A DNA stretch of 51,818 nt from Obrimoposthia wandeli. Taxonomy: Eukaryota. The DNA is taken from positions 186,001-237,818 of the forward strand of contig CDROCS010006357.1 of assembly GCA_977020255.1 (NCBI GenBank), read 5' to 3'. The notes under the pieces are model-generated. The model searched no databases and was not told the DNA's origin. It saw only the letters and a list, made by a program, of their open reading frames with translations. A program made the translations under genes and the position numbers. Positions 1 through 9,254 of the stretch are shown here, piece after piece (position 1 is the stretch's first letter; every line of letters begins with the position of its first letter).

Positions 1-408
1 GTCGGACGCTTAGAAGAAGAACGTCGCTTGTGTTACGTCGGCATGACCCGTGCGATGAAGAAGTTGTACATCACGTATGCTGAAATGCGCCGTTTATACG
101 GTAAAGATAATTTCCATAAGCCATCACGATTTATTCGTGAAATTCCTACGGAGTTTGTGGAAGAAGTGCGGATGAAAGCACAAGTCTCTCGTCCTGCAAG
201 TAGTGGACGTTTTAGCCAAACCCAAGTGAATGATAACTTTAACCAAACGGGTTTTAATTTAGGCCAACGTGTTAAGCACCCTAAATTTGGTGACGGTACC
301 ATCATTAATTTTGAAGGCAGTGGTGCGCAAAGCCGTGTTCAAGTCGCTTTCAATGGTGAAGGTATTAAGTGGTTAGTGACGCAGTACGCTAAGCTCGATC
401 CGATGTAA
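1..408 (+). CDS. uvrD: DNA helicase II, C-terminal part (5' end outside window)
   Basis: Frame 1 is open from base 1 and reads [18 protein letters not shown] (UvrD/Rep motif VI), then the C-terminal Tudor-like domain [21 protein letters not shown]...WLVTQYAKL. Confidence 0.95.
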   Translation, partial: VGRLEEERRLCYVGMTRAMKKLYITYAEMRRLYGKDNFHKPSRFIREIPTEFVEEVRMKAQVSRPASSGRFSQTQVNDNFNQTGFNLGQRVKHPKFGDGTIINFEGSGAQSRVQVAFNGEGIKWLVTQYAKLDPM

Positions 409-430
409 TACCGATTGGCATAAAAGAATA

Positions 431-487
431 AAAAAAGCCCGCTTTGCCCGTTTCTTGTAATAAGAACGGACAAAGCGGTTTTTTTGT
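431..487. terminator. Bidirectional intrinsic terminator between convergent uvrD and ggt
   Basis: A-tract 431-436, stem CCGCTTTG.CCGTT.CTT / AAG.AACGG.CAAAGCGG (439-478), T-tract 479-485. Confidence 0.85.
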
Positions 488-537
488 TTTAGGTCTGTGC
501 GTTGTTAGCGAAGGATCTTGCTGATTAGCCAAGGCGC

Positions 538-2292
538 TTACTGAGCAATGACTTTACCTTCACGACGTGGATCTGCCGCCCCCGTGAGCGATTTACCGTC
601 AACACGAATAGCTTGAACACCAGAATTTAACTCTTTCACTTTTACCTTAAAGCCGAGCTGTTCCAGTTTCGGTGCCCATTGTTCAGCGGTTGTACCTTGC
701 TCTAATTCAAACGCGCCAAAGCGGTTATTCATATTGGGTAAGTTGAAGGCTTGCTGAAGGTTTAACCCCCAATCAAGATGTGCCACTAAAGTCTTGGCGA
801 CATACCCAATAATTTGACTACCGCCGGGTGAACCAACAGCCATATACGGTTCACCGTCTTTCATCACAATAGTGGGTGCCATGGACGATCGTGGACGTTT
901 GCCGGGTTCAATCCGATTGGCAATTGGTACACCATCGGCATGGCTGCGGAATGAGAAATCCGTTAATTCATTATTGAGTAAGAATCCACGTACCATTAAG
1001 CGCGAACCAAAGCCATTTTCAATGGTGGTGGTGACCGACACCATATTGCGGTCTTTATCGACAATCGAAAAATGGCTGGTAGACGGTAACTCAATGGATT
1101 CATCTAACGCGTAATTCATCGCATGTGACCAAGGTGGCTTACCCGCCGCCGTCGTTGATAGAGCGGTTTCACCTTTCAGTAGCGTTGCACGTTGTTCGAT
1201 ATAATCAGCGGCTAATAAGCCCTTGGTAGGCATAGGTACATAATCGCTGTCTGCCATGTACTTCCCACGATCGGCAAAGGCTAAACGAGAAGCGTCACCG
1301 AGTAAGCGCCAACTTTGAATGTTCTCAGGGCCCATATCAGCAATGGGGTAATGGCTTAGCATGCCCATTATCTGCCCCAAGGTTAATGCCCCTGAGCTGG
1401 GTGGCCCCATGCCACATATCGAATATTGACGATAAGGTGCGCAGACGGGTTCACGCTCTTTTACTTGGTAGGTGGCCAAATCCATGGTGCTTAATACGCC
1501 GGGGTTAGCTTCCACGCCACGCACCGTTTTAACAATGTCTTTGGCAATTTTACCGTGGTAGAACGCACTCGCACCTTGGTCTGCTATTAGACTTAATGTA
1601 TCGGCATAAGCGGGGTTTTTAAGGTTTTGTCCTGCCTTGATGGGTGAGCCATCTTGATTAAAGAAGTAGGCTTTGGCTTGTGCTGAACGTTGTAAATAGT
1701 CTTGATCGTTGGCCACTAATTGAGCTAATCGCGGGCTAACAATAAAGCCATTCTTAGCCAGATTTATCGCGGGTTCAAAGAGAGCTTTCCACGGTAATTT
1801 ACCTAAACGCTGATGGGTATGTTGCAGTAATTTAACAGTGCCGGGTGTACCCACTGAGCGGCCACCGACAACCGCATCAAAAAATTTGAGTGGTTCGCCT
1901 TTATCATCCTGAAATAACCGTGGTGTAACACCATAAGGTGCCGTTTCGCGACCATCAAATGATGTTAATGCCTCTTTTCTAGCATCCCAATACATTAAAA
2001 AAGCCCCCCCACCAATCCCCGATGACTGTGGTTCAACCAATCCTAAAGCTAATTGGGTGGCAACCATGGCATCAATGGCATTACCGCCTTGGCGTAGCAT
2101 TGCAGCTCCAGCTTCACTGGCATAAGGATTAGCAGACGCGATCATCCAATCAGACCCTTGCACCAAGGTTTGTGTTTTTAATCCTGTCGCGGCTTCGGGG
2201 GCAATGCTGTCTGCGCTTTGTTTGGCGATTGCGGGTGTGACGGTGAGGCTAGCGGTTATAAACAACGCTAGGCAAGATGCTTTCCACTGCAT
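538..2292 (-). CDS. ggt: Periplasmic gamma-glutamyltransferase
   Basis: Signal peptide; motifs GGNAIDA, EPQSSGIGGG, DGRETAP, TSHFSIVD (autoprocessing Thr), LLNNELTDF, PGKRPRSSM, GSPGG. Confidence 0.95.
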   Translation of the reverse strand: MQWKASCLALFITASLTVTPAIAKQSADSIAPEAATGLKTQTLVQGSDWMIASANPYASEAGAAMLRQGGNAIDAMVATQLALGLVEPQSSGIGGGAFLMYWDARKEALTSFDGRETAPYGVTPRLFQDDKGEPLKFFDAVVGGRSVGTPGTVKLLQHTHQRLGKLPWKALFEPAINLAKNGFIVSPRLAQLVANDQDYLQRSAQAKAYFFNQDGSPIKAGQNLKNPAYADTLSLIADQGASAFYHGKIAKDIVKTVRGVEANPGVLSTMDLATYQVKEREPVCAPYRQYSICGMGPPSSGALTLGQIMGMLSHYPIADMGPENIQSWRLLGDASRLAFADRGKYMADSDYVPMPTKGLLAADYIEQRATLLKGETALSTTAAGKPPWSHAMNYALDESIELPSTSHFSIVDKDRNMVSVTTTIENGFGSRLMVRGFLLNNELTDFSFRSHADGVPIANRIEPGKRPRSSMAPTIVMKDGEPYMAVGSPGGSQIIGYVAKTLVAHLDWGLNLQQAFNLPNMNNRFGAFELEQGTTAEQWAPKLEQLGFKVKVKELNSGVQAIRVDGKSLTGAADPRREGKVIAQ

Positions 2293-2443
2293 ATGAGCTC
2301 CTTATGTCGGTCTCTCTGATAGAAGCTCGGTCAATGAACTTCGTAGCGTAGAGAGTGACAGTGCAAAGCGCCAGTGTCTAATTGTTGAGCACTTTTTTGT
2401 GCTCATTCTCAATAACTTTTACGTTTAATAATAATGATCTGTT

Positions 2444-3100
2444 TTACCGCGCAGTTAAGAGATTCAACAGAATCATACTGCCGATAGTCACAAACAGTAC
2501 GCCACAGATACCGTCGATGTAAGGTGTCCATTGCTGGATTTTTTGTTGCAGACGTTTACCGGTTAGTACCCACGCCAGCATTGCGAACCACAGAAATGAG
2601 GTGATCCATAAAACCGCAATTGCGGTTATTTTTCCGGTTGTCGACATATCCACTGGCACTATGGTCGAGAGTAGGCTGATAAAAAACACTAACGCTTTAG
2701 GGTTTAATATATTGGTTGTAAACCCTTTAACGAGCGCTTGTTTACGATTAGCAATAATGCGCTGTGGGGCGGCAACTGTTTCAGTATGAGTGGTGGGACG
2801 AAAAATGGGGGTCAGTACGCTTCTAACAGCACCAATACCCAACCACAGTAAGTATGCTCCGCCAGCGGCTTGCAGTAAGGCAAATAGGGTGGGTTGCTGG
2901 TGGATCAATAAGCTGGCACCTGTCAGGCTTAAAATTGAATGCAGTAAAATGCCCAGAGATAAACCCAGCGCGATCGCAATGCCTGTTTGACGGCCGTAAC
3001 GTCCGGCGTTTTGTACCACCAAGGCAAAATCAGGCCCTGGGCTCATTAACGCAATAATGTGGACAGTAACTAAGGTCAGTAAGGTGGTGACTTCGTTCAT
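2444..3100 (-). CDS. LysE/RhtB family amino-acid exporter
   Basis: SPGPDF motif, GGAYLLWLG, NILNPKALVFF, multiple hydrophobic helices. Confidence 0.9.
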   Translation of the reverse strand: MNEVTTLLTLVTVHIIALMSPGPDFALVVQNAGRYGRQTGIAIALGLSLGILLHSILSLTGASLLIHQQPTLFALLQAAGGAYLLWLGIGAVRSVLTPIFRPTTHTETVAAPQRIIANRKQALVKGFTTNILNPKALVFFISLLSTIVPVDMSTTGKITAIAVLWITSFLWFAMLAWVLTGKRLQQKIQQWTPYIDGICGVLFVTIGSMILLNLLTAR

Positions 3101-3167
3101 GGTAACTCGCCGTATTTATTCTATTGGTTCGGTCAGTTTCGTAGTATGACGGGGCGTGTTTGAATGC

Positions 3168-3185
3168 GCTTGTAAAAAAGTGACA
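3168..3185. promoter_or_regulatory. Candidate AraC-regulator operator upstream of lysE (copy 1)
   Basis: GCTTGTAAAAAAGTGACA, 16/18 identical to 4107-4124; 68 nt upstream of the lysE start. Confidence 0.55.
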
Positions 3186-3241
3186 GTGGAAAGACAACCC
3201 TGAAGGGCGCAGGAATAGTGGTGGCTATAAATTGGATATAG

Positions 3242-4036
3242 TTATTTGATGTGGGAGGGTGCAATACCGAATGTTTGTTTAAAGGTATTGGCAAAGTGCG
3301 CCTGATCATAAAAGCCAACCTGATAAGCTACCTCTGTACTGTTAAAACCAGCCCGCAGCAAAGCCATAGCATGCTCTAGGCGTAAACGAGCTAACCAAGC
3401 ATAAGGTGTAATACCGGTGGTTTTCTTAAATTGACGCAAAAGTTGTGACGGGCTGAGATCACACAGTATTGCCAAGTCATTAAGACTGATTTTTTGATCT
3501 AGATGCGCCATAAAGTAATCGCGTAACTGACGTAAATCTTTGGTGCCCAGCTTCGTGGCAGCGTGTTCTTGTACTTTTCCATAGTGGGTTAATAGATAAG
3601 AAAAGTATTCGATCGGCAAGCTATCTTTGGCTAGTTGAGGCGCCAAAGGATTATCTAACTGGGTATGTAATTGGGTTAATTGCTGAAAAAATTGATGATC
3701 GGCAATCTTATGTTGTGGGAAACAAAAGAGGTCTTTTCCTGATACGGCTTCAGCTTGTTGGGTTAACCAATCAGGGCTAATACTAAAGATTTTAACGCGG
3801 TAGCCTGCATTTTCTTTGGGTTGACCATCGTGAATTTCATCGGGAGGCATGATCACCATTTGACCAGGCCCGGCTAGATGTTTAGCGCCATTGAAGAAGT
3901 ACTGCTGCTGCCCTTGGGTGATTAAACCCAAATGGTAATCGAGGTGATAATGGCGCTTGAAAGAAAAGCTTTGGTAATAGGCATCAATCAAGTTGATGTC
4001 ATCAATGTTGCTTTTACGATGACTGACTTTATTCAT
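3242..4036 (-). CDS. AraC family transcriptional regulator (cupin sensor plus tandem HTH)
   Basis: N-terminal RHYHLDYHLG cupin; C-terminal LSPSQLLRQFKKTTGITP...VAYQVGFYDQAHF. Confidence 0.93.
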   Translation of the reverse strand: MNKVSHRKSNIDDINLIDAYYQSFSFKRHYHLDYHLGLITQGQQQYFFNGAKHLAGPGQMVIMPPDEIHDGQPKENAGYRVKIFSISPDWLTQQAEAVSGKDLFCFPQHKIADHQFFQQLTQLHTQLDNPLAPQLAKDSLPIEYFSYLLTHYGKVQEHAATKLGTKDLRQLRDYFMAHLDQKISLNDLAILCDLSPSQLLRQFKKTTGITPYAWLARLRLEHAMALLRAGFNSTEVAYQVGFYDQAHFANTFKQTFGIAPSHIK

Positions 4037-4106
4037 GCGATTGCCCAGTGATGATCGGAAGGTCGTGCTTTTCTATTACCAGTACACCATAAATGAAGGG
4101 TATGCA

Positions 4107-4124
4107 GCTTGTAAAAAATTCACA
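4107..4124. promoter_or_regulatory. Candidate AraC-regulator operator upstream of araC gene (copy 2)
   Basis: GCTTGTAAAAAATTCACA, 16/18 identical to 3168-3185; 71 nt upstream of the araC start, same orientation. Confidence 0.55.
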
Positions 4125-4163
4125 AACTACATAGCGAAGTACTTATTAAGCAGATAAAGCTAA

Positions 4164-5075
4164 TTAGGCTGAAGGTACCACTCTTTTACTGTCGCGATGG
4201 CGTTTAATGCCGTCAAAACTAAATAAAATCAGGGCTGACCAGATGAAGATAAACGTTATACCGTTATCGACACTAAAGGGTTCGTCATACACCAATACTG
4301 CTAATAAGAACATTAAGCTCGGTCCGATATACTGAAAGAAACCCAGTGTTGATAACTTGAGCTTAGTGGCAGCCCCGGTAAAGCAAAGCAAGGGAACTGT
4401 CGTTACAATACCGGCTGCAACAAGCAATAGATTAAGTTGTAATGGGTTGTCAGCAAGGTTGGCGGTTGGACTATCGGTAATGAAGAATATATAAATAGCA
4501 GCCAGTGGTAGTAGCACACAAGTTTCAAGGAATAACCCTGTTTGAGCATCTAAGTTAATCTTCTTACGTAGCAAGCCATAACAACCGAAACTCCCCGCTA
4601 ATGCCAACGCAATCCAAGGTAACGAACCAAACTGAATTAACTGCGCTACGACACCACATGCGGCTAATGCCACCGCGACCCATTGTAAGAATCGTAGTCG
4701 TTCACCAAGAAAAACCATGCCGAGCATGACATTGAATAAAGGATTAATAAAATACCCTAGACTGGCATCCAACATGTAATTGTTATTCACCGCCCAGATG
4801 AAAATCATCCAGTTAGTTCCCACCAATAGCGCTGTTACCGTTAGCATTAGTATCATTTTTGGTTTGGCGATCACCGCGCGGATTTTACCCCAACCTTTAC
4901 TGACAAAAATTAATGCTGCTAAAAAGAAGAACGACCAAATAACACGATGGCTTAGAATTTCTAACGGGCTAACATTTTGCAATGCTTTAAAATAGATAGG
5001 CGCGATGCCCCACATCGTATAAGCGGCAAGGGCGAGAATAACGCCGCGTTGTGTTTTTTGGGTTTGTTCTTCCAT
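4164..5075 (-). CDS. rarD: EamA/DMT family transporter RarD
   Basis: YTMWGIAPIYFK, EILSHRVIWS, ASLGYFINPL, LGFFQYIGPSLMF; adjacent to recQ as in other gammaproteobacteria. Confidence 0.93.
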   Translation of the reverse strand: MEEQTQKTQRGVILALAAYTMWGIAPIYFKALQNVSPLEILSHRVIWSFFFLAALIFVSKGWGKIRAVIAKPKMILMLTVTALLVGTNWMIFIWAVNNNYMLDASLGYFINPLFNVMLGMVFLGERLRFLQWVAVALAACGVVAQLIQFGSLPWIALALAGSFGCYGLLRKKINLDAQTGLFLETCVLLPLAAIYIFFITDSPTANLADNPLQLNLLLVAAGIVTTVPLLCFTGAATKLKLSTLGFFQYIGPSLMFLLAVLVYDEPFSVDNGITFIFIWSALILFSFDGIKRHRDSKRVVPSA

Positions 5076-5360
5076 GGGAATCCAAATGGTTGCTTTATAA
5101 AATCAATGAGTTTGTCTAAACAGGATGCGAAAGCAGTATAAAGCGAGATTCTTTGAAATGACTACATCTTTATCAATAGGTGCGATTAAACGACAATCAA
5201 TGTATCGTAAGCGCAATGGTTCATCCTTTTATTCTGTTTCGTATTCTGTTTCGTATTTCTTTTTGTAGTGCCTTCTGCGACTGACAGTGTGTTGAGTCGT
5301 TCACTTAATAAGCCCATTTAGTATAGAATAGCCCGCCCCCAATATTTAAAGAGTAGGTCT

Positions 5361-7208
5361 ATGTCTTCCAGCAGTACCGCGGTTTGCGAGCCAACCCCCT
5401 TAGCACCGAGTGAGAAAATCTTACAGGATGTGTTTGGCTATCAATCTTTCCGCATCGGTCAGCAAGAAGTCATAGAAGCCGTTATTGAAGGTCAAGATTG
5501 CTTGGTCATTATGCCAACGGGTGGCGGTAAATCATTGTGTTACCAGATCCCCGCATTAATTATGCCCGGCATTACCTTGGTTATTTCACCGCTCATCTCG
5601 TTAATGAAAGACCAAGTTGATCAGTTGAATGCCAATGGGGTGGCCGCGGCGTATATCAACTCAACCATGTCGCGTGAAGAAGTGATGGAGACTTTCTTGG
5701 CAATGCGAGAGGGGGATTTGAAGTTAGTATACGTATCGCCTGAACGCGTATTGATGCGTGATTTTATCGAGCGATTGTATGAAATCCAGTTAAGCATGGT
5801 CGCTGTTGATGAAGCGCACTGCGTTTCTCAATGGGGGCATGATTTCCGTCCTGAATATGCCGCATTAGGCACCTTGAAACAACACTTTGAAAATTTGCCG
5901 ATCATGGCATTAACGGCAACTGCCGATGATACCACCCGTAACGATATAACCAGTCGCCTTGGGCTTATCAATCCTCATGCTTACCTAGGCAGCTTTGATC
6001 GTCCTAATATTCGTTATACCTTGCTTGAAAAGCACAAACCGATGACTCAACTCACCCGTTATTTAACGGGGGTACGTGGTCAATGTGGGATTGTGTATTG
6101 CAATAGTCGTAAACGCGTCGAGCAGATTGCAGAAAAGTTGCGTGATAGTGGCGTGCGAGCCGCGGCATATCACGCAGGGCTCGATCATGGTGAGCGAGGG
6201 CGAGTACAAGAAAGCTTTCAACGAGATGATATTCATATTGTGGTTGCCACCGTGGCATTTGGCATGGGGATCAATAAACCCAACGTACGCTTTGTTGTGC
6301 ACTACGATATTCCGCGCAATATCGAGTCATATTACCAAGAAACTGGGCGGGCGGGTCGTGATGGCTTACCTGCAGAAGCCGTGATGTTTTATGATCCATC
6401 AGACTTAGCTTGGTTACGTCGCTGCCTTGATGAAAAGGAAGACGGAGCACAAAAGCAAGTTGAGAGTCATAAGTTAAATGCAATGGGGGCATTTGCCGAA
6501 GCGCAAACATGCCGCCGTCAGGTATTGCTGAATTACTTTGGTGAATACCGTGAAGAACCGTGTGGTAACTGTGACATTTGTTTAGACCCGCCTAAGCGCT
6601 TTAATGCGATTGAAGTGGCACAGAAAGCGCTGTCGTGTGTATACCGTGTTAATCAAAGCTTTGGTGTCGGTTACGTGGTGGAAGTACTGCGTGGCATGCA
6701 AAATCAACGGATACGCGAACACGGGCACGATAAATTAACGACGTATGGGATCGGGCGTGAATATAGCCATGAGTATTGGGTGAGTATTTTACGTCAGCTG
6801 ATCCATCGCGGTTTTTTAACTCAAAATATTTTGCGTAGTTCAACCTTACAACTCACCGAAAAAGCGCGCTCGGTATTACGGGCTGAAATTGAGTTAGAGC
6901 TAGCGGTTCCCCGGCTTGATGTGGCTGCTCGTAGTGCGAAAAGCGATAAAATGGCTAATCGTCACTATGATAAGAAGCTGTTTGCTAAATTGCGTAAGCT
7001 GCGAAAAGGCATTGCCGATAAAGAAGATTTACCACCGTATGTGGTATTCAATGATGCCAGCTTGATGGAAATGGCTGAAATTTTACCGACATCTCAAGGT
7101 GAGATGTTAGCAATCAATGGAGTGGGCCATCGCAAGCTAGAAAAATACGGCAGTGTTTTTTTAGGGGTAATTGAAGATCATTTGATGGCTGGGATCAGTG
7201 AGCGATAA
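5361..7208 (+). CDS. recQ: ATP-dependent DNA helicase RecQ
   Basis: MPTGGGKS Walker A, VDEAHC, QWGHDFRP, Zn-binding CRR...CGNCDIC, RQC and HRDC domains. Confidence 0.98.
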   Translation: MSSSSTAVCEPTPLAPSEKILQDVFGYQSFRIGQQEVIEAVIEGQDCLVIMPTGGGKSLCYQIPALIMPGITLVISPLISLMKDQVDQLNANGVAAAYINSTMSREEVMETFLAMREGDLKLVYVSPERVLMRDFIERLYEIQLSMVAVDEAHCVSQWGHDFRPEYAALGTLKQHFENLPIMALTATADDTTRNDITSRLGLINPHAYLGSFDRPNIRYTLLEKHKPMTQLTRYLTGVRGQCGIVYCNSRKRVEQIAEKLRDSGVRAAAYHAGLDHGERGRVQESFQRDDIHIVVATVAFGMGINKPNVRFVVHYDIPRNIESYYQETGRAGRDGLPAEAVMFYDPSDLAWLRRCLDEKEDGAQKQVESHKLNAMGAFAEAQTCRRQVLLNYFGEYREEPCGNCDICLDPPKRFNAIEVAQKALSCVYRVNQSFGVGYVVEVLRGMQNQRIREHGHDKLTTYGIGREYSHEYWVSILRQLIHRGFLTQNILRSSTLQLTEKARSVLRAEIELELAVPRLDVAARSAKSDKMANRHYDKKLFAKLRKLRKGIADKEDLPPYVVFNDASLMEMAEILPTSQGEMLAINGVGHRKLEKYGSVFLGVIEDHLMAGISER

Positions 7209-7228
7209 ATGAAGTTAAAGGAATAATA

Positions 7229-7564
7229 ATGACGGATTTCACCTCTCTTTCAGACTATCTCTTTGCGGTACGTAAGCTAGATTTGGCCCATGGTCATCTT
7301 TTACTTTCTGGTCCTGATTTTGACTTTGATTCTTTCCCTGACATCGCAGAGCAATTACTGGTGTGTATTGATGCACGAGTGATCGAGAAAGAGTTGAATG
7401 CAGATTTACACGTGTGGGTCATTGATTTCGAAGGTAGCCGCTTATTGTTAAAAGGTGAGCATTACGCCAGCGCATTGTGGATCGAAGTATTGTCATCGGC
7501 TGATAATGATGCCCTAGCGTTCATCGCGACACTCTTACCGCATCAATCAGGGCAGCTGTGCTGA
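7229..7564 (+). CDS. DUF3630-like small conserved protein
   Basis: 111-aa ORF with SD (AAGGAA) directly after recQ; PDFDFDSF...DLHVWVIDFEG...EHY resembles the Vibrionaceae protein usually found here. Confidence 0.7.
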   Translation: MTDFTSLSDYLFAVRKLDLAHGHLLLSGPDFDFDSFPDIAEQLLVCIDARVIEKELNADLHVWVIDFEGSRLLLKGEHYASALWIEVLSSADNDALAFIATLLPHQSGQLC

Positions 7565-7720
7565 TTGCATCAGTAAAATCGGGAAAGCAACAAAGATAAC
7601 ACGGGCAAACGATTGCTTGGTGTGATTCAGCGCAACGAGGGTAGGCAAGATTATTGGTTAATGTATAATCGCCGCCTTCGGTCACTGCTGCATGGTATGA
7701 GAACCTGCTGACAGTGAAAT

Positions 7721-7753
7721 TTTGGGTTCCCTCTCCCCCAATGACAAAAAGGT
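7721..7753 (+). promoter_or_regulatory. preQ1-I riboswitch (type III, Enterobacteria yhhQ-like), translational
   Basis: UUUGGGUUCCCUCUCCCCCAAUGACAAAAAGGU: P1 UUGGG/CCCAA, loop UUCCCUC, A-rich tail ending in SD AAGGU 5 nt before ATG 7759. Closely matches the recalled E. coli/Shigella yhhQ aptamer and sits upstream of a preQ0/preQ1 transporter. Confidence 0.88.
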
Positions 7754-7758
7754 CTACT

Positions 7759-8466
7759 ATGACTATATCTCAATTATCTTCAGCACCATTGTTTACCCTG
7801 CCACAACAACGTAAAGCCCTTTCTTTTCTGGTGTTGTTTCATCTGGTGATTATTGCGTCGAGCAATTATCTGGTGCAGCTACCGTTTACTATTTTTGGCT
7901 TTCATACCACTTGGGGGGCGTTTACTTTTCCCTTTATTTTTCTTGCGACGGATCTGACTGTACGTATTTTTGGTGCCGGAATGGCACGGAAGATTATCTT
8001 TCGGGTAATGGCACCCTCTTTGGCGGTGTCTTATGTGCTATCGGTGCTGTTCTATCAAGGTGAATACCAAGGGCTGGCACATCTAGGTGAATTTAATCTA
8101 TTTGTTGCACGTATCGCGGCTGCGAGTTTTATGGCGTATTTGCTTGGGCAGATCTTGGATGTTTCTGTTTTCAATCGATTACGTCAAATGAAACAATGGT
8201 GGATAGCGCCAACGTGTTCCACTATTTTTGGTAATGCATTAGATACGTTAGCGTTTTTTGCTATCGCATTTTATAACAGCCCAGATGCATTTATGGCTGC
8301 AAACTGGACTGAAATCGCGCTGGTGGATTACAGTTTTAAACTGATTATTAGCCTCGGGTTATTTGTACCCGTTTACGGTGTATTGCTGAACTACTTAATT
8401 AAGCGCCTAACCGCGGTTAACGTAACGGAGAGTGCACTCGCTAACCAAAAGCTTAAAACGCACTAA
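7759..8466 (+). CDS. yhhQ: Queuosine precursor (preQ0/preQ1) transporter YhhQ
   Basis: IASSNYLVQLP, HTTWGAFTFPFIFLATDLTVRIFG, SFMAYLLGQILDV. Start moved from 7714 to ATG 7759 because the upstream part is the riboswitch and SD. Confidence 0.93.
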   Translation: MTISQLSSAPLFTLPQQRKALSFLVLFHLVIIASSNYLVQLPFTIFGFHTTWGAFTFPFIFLATDLTVRIFGAGMARKIIFRVMAPSLAVSYVLSVLFYQGEYQGLAHLGEFNLFVARIAAASFMAYLLGQILDVSVFNRLRQMKQWWIAPTCSTIFGNALDTLAFFAIAFYNSPDAFMAANWTEIALVDYSFKLIISLGLFVPVYGVLLNYLIKRLTAVNVTESALANQKLKTH

Positions 8467-8484
8467 TCGATAATATAGAAGATG

Positions 8485-8511
8485 AAAGCCGGCTTTGAGT
8501 CGGCTTTTTTT
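8485..8511 (+). terminator. Intrinsic terminator of yhhQ
   Basis: AAAGCCG...CGGCTTT stem followed by a T-run. Confidence 0.8.
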
Positions 8512-8534
8512 ATACTATTTTTCTCATTGAAGGG

Positions 8535-9008
8535 ATGATCTTAATGCGAGTACGACAAGCCTCATTAGCAGAAGCCATAATAGTGTTGAGCCAGATCAGT
8601 GAGTTTGATCATCCTGAAACAGAAGACAGTTTGATGCAGCGTCTTGCTGGGCACGAAAGCTTAATACTTGTTGCAGAGCATGAAGGTAGTTTGGTTGGCG
8701 TGAAAATCGGTTATCGCCTCTCTGATTCTATTTTCTATAGCTGGTTGGGGGGTGTTGCCTCTGCTGGTCGTCGAATGGGGGTTGCTCAAGCCTTGTTAGA
8801 TGCACAGGAAGCATGGGCGATAGAGCAGGGTTATCAGCAAATTAACGTTAAATCGCGAAATTGCTTTCCTTCTATGCTGAGATTACTCATGAAAAATAGC
8901 TACCTCATTGATGATATTGAAAAAAAAGGCAATGTAGCTGATTACCGACTCTATTTTTCGAAGTTACTGACTAAGAAAAAACACTCAAATGACAATAATT
9001 CTCAATAA
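8535..9008 (+). CDS. GNAT family N-acetyltransferase
   Basis: YSWLGGVASAGRRMGVAQALL (acetyl-CoA motif A), VKSRNCFPSMLRLL. Confidence 0.85.
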   Translation: MILMRVRQASLAEAIIVLSQISEFDHPETEDSLMQRLAGHESLILVAEHEGSLVGVKIGYRLSDSIFYSWLGGVASAGRRMGVAQALLDAQEAWAIEQGYQQINVKSRNCFPSMLRLLMKNSYLIDDIEKKGNVADYRLYFSKLLTKKKHSNDNNSQ

Positions 9009-9040
9009 GTGCTTGCAACTCAAGTGAGAATGGTTATTAT
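8988..9040 (+). promoter_or_regulatory. Two Fur boxes overlapping the sigma70 promoter of ryhB
   Basis: TGACAAT-A-ATTCTCA (8990-9004; 13/15 to the 7-1-7 consensus) and TGAGAAT-G-GTTATTA (9025-9039); -35 TTGCAA 9013-9018, -10 TATTAT 9035-9040. Confidence 0.85.
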
Positions 9041-9046
9041 TAGCAG

Positions 9047-9243
9047 GCACTCAGGTGAGAGGGGAAACACATAACCTCTTAGTTGAAGGCACGACATTGC
9101 TCACATTGCTTCCAGTGTACTTCGGCGACGGTTGAGTGTTTTTAGTGTAGGGCTAGAAACATGCAACACTTCTGCTGAGCGGCGACTACCTCCTGATTCA
9201 TCAGGTTTTCTTAACTTTAAGAGAAATGGTAGCGTCGCTTTTT
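9047..9243 (+). ncRNA. ryhB: RyhB iron-sparing sRNA (long Vibrionaceae form, ~200 nt)
   Basis: Conserved core GCACGACATTGCTCACATTGCTTCCAGT at 9089-9116, identical to E. coli RyhB as recalled; Fur-boxed promoter; closing stem GCGACTACC/GGTAG(GC)GTCGC followed by a U-run. Ends are approximate. Confidence 0.92.
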
Positions 9244-9254
9244 CTTTTCTAGCG

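Noticed and set aside
5230-5257. 12-bp tandem duplication TATTCTGTTTCG x2 (+TATT) in the rarD-recQ spacer
   Set aside because: Only two copies, no spacers; a simple slippage duplication, not a CRISPR or iteron array.
7714-7758. N-terminal extension of yhhQ in the ORF track
   Set aside because: This sequence is the riboswitch and SD; the real start is ATG 7759.
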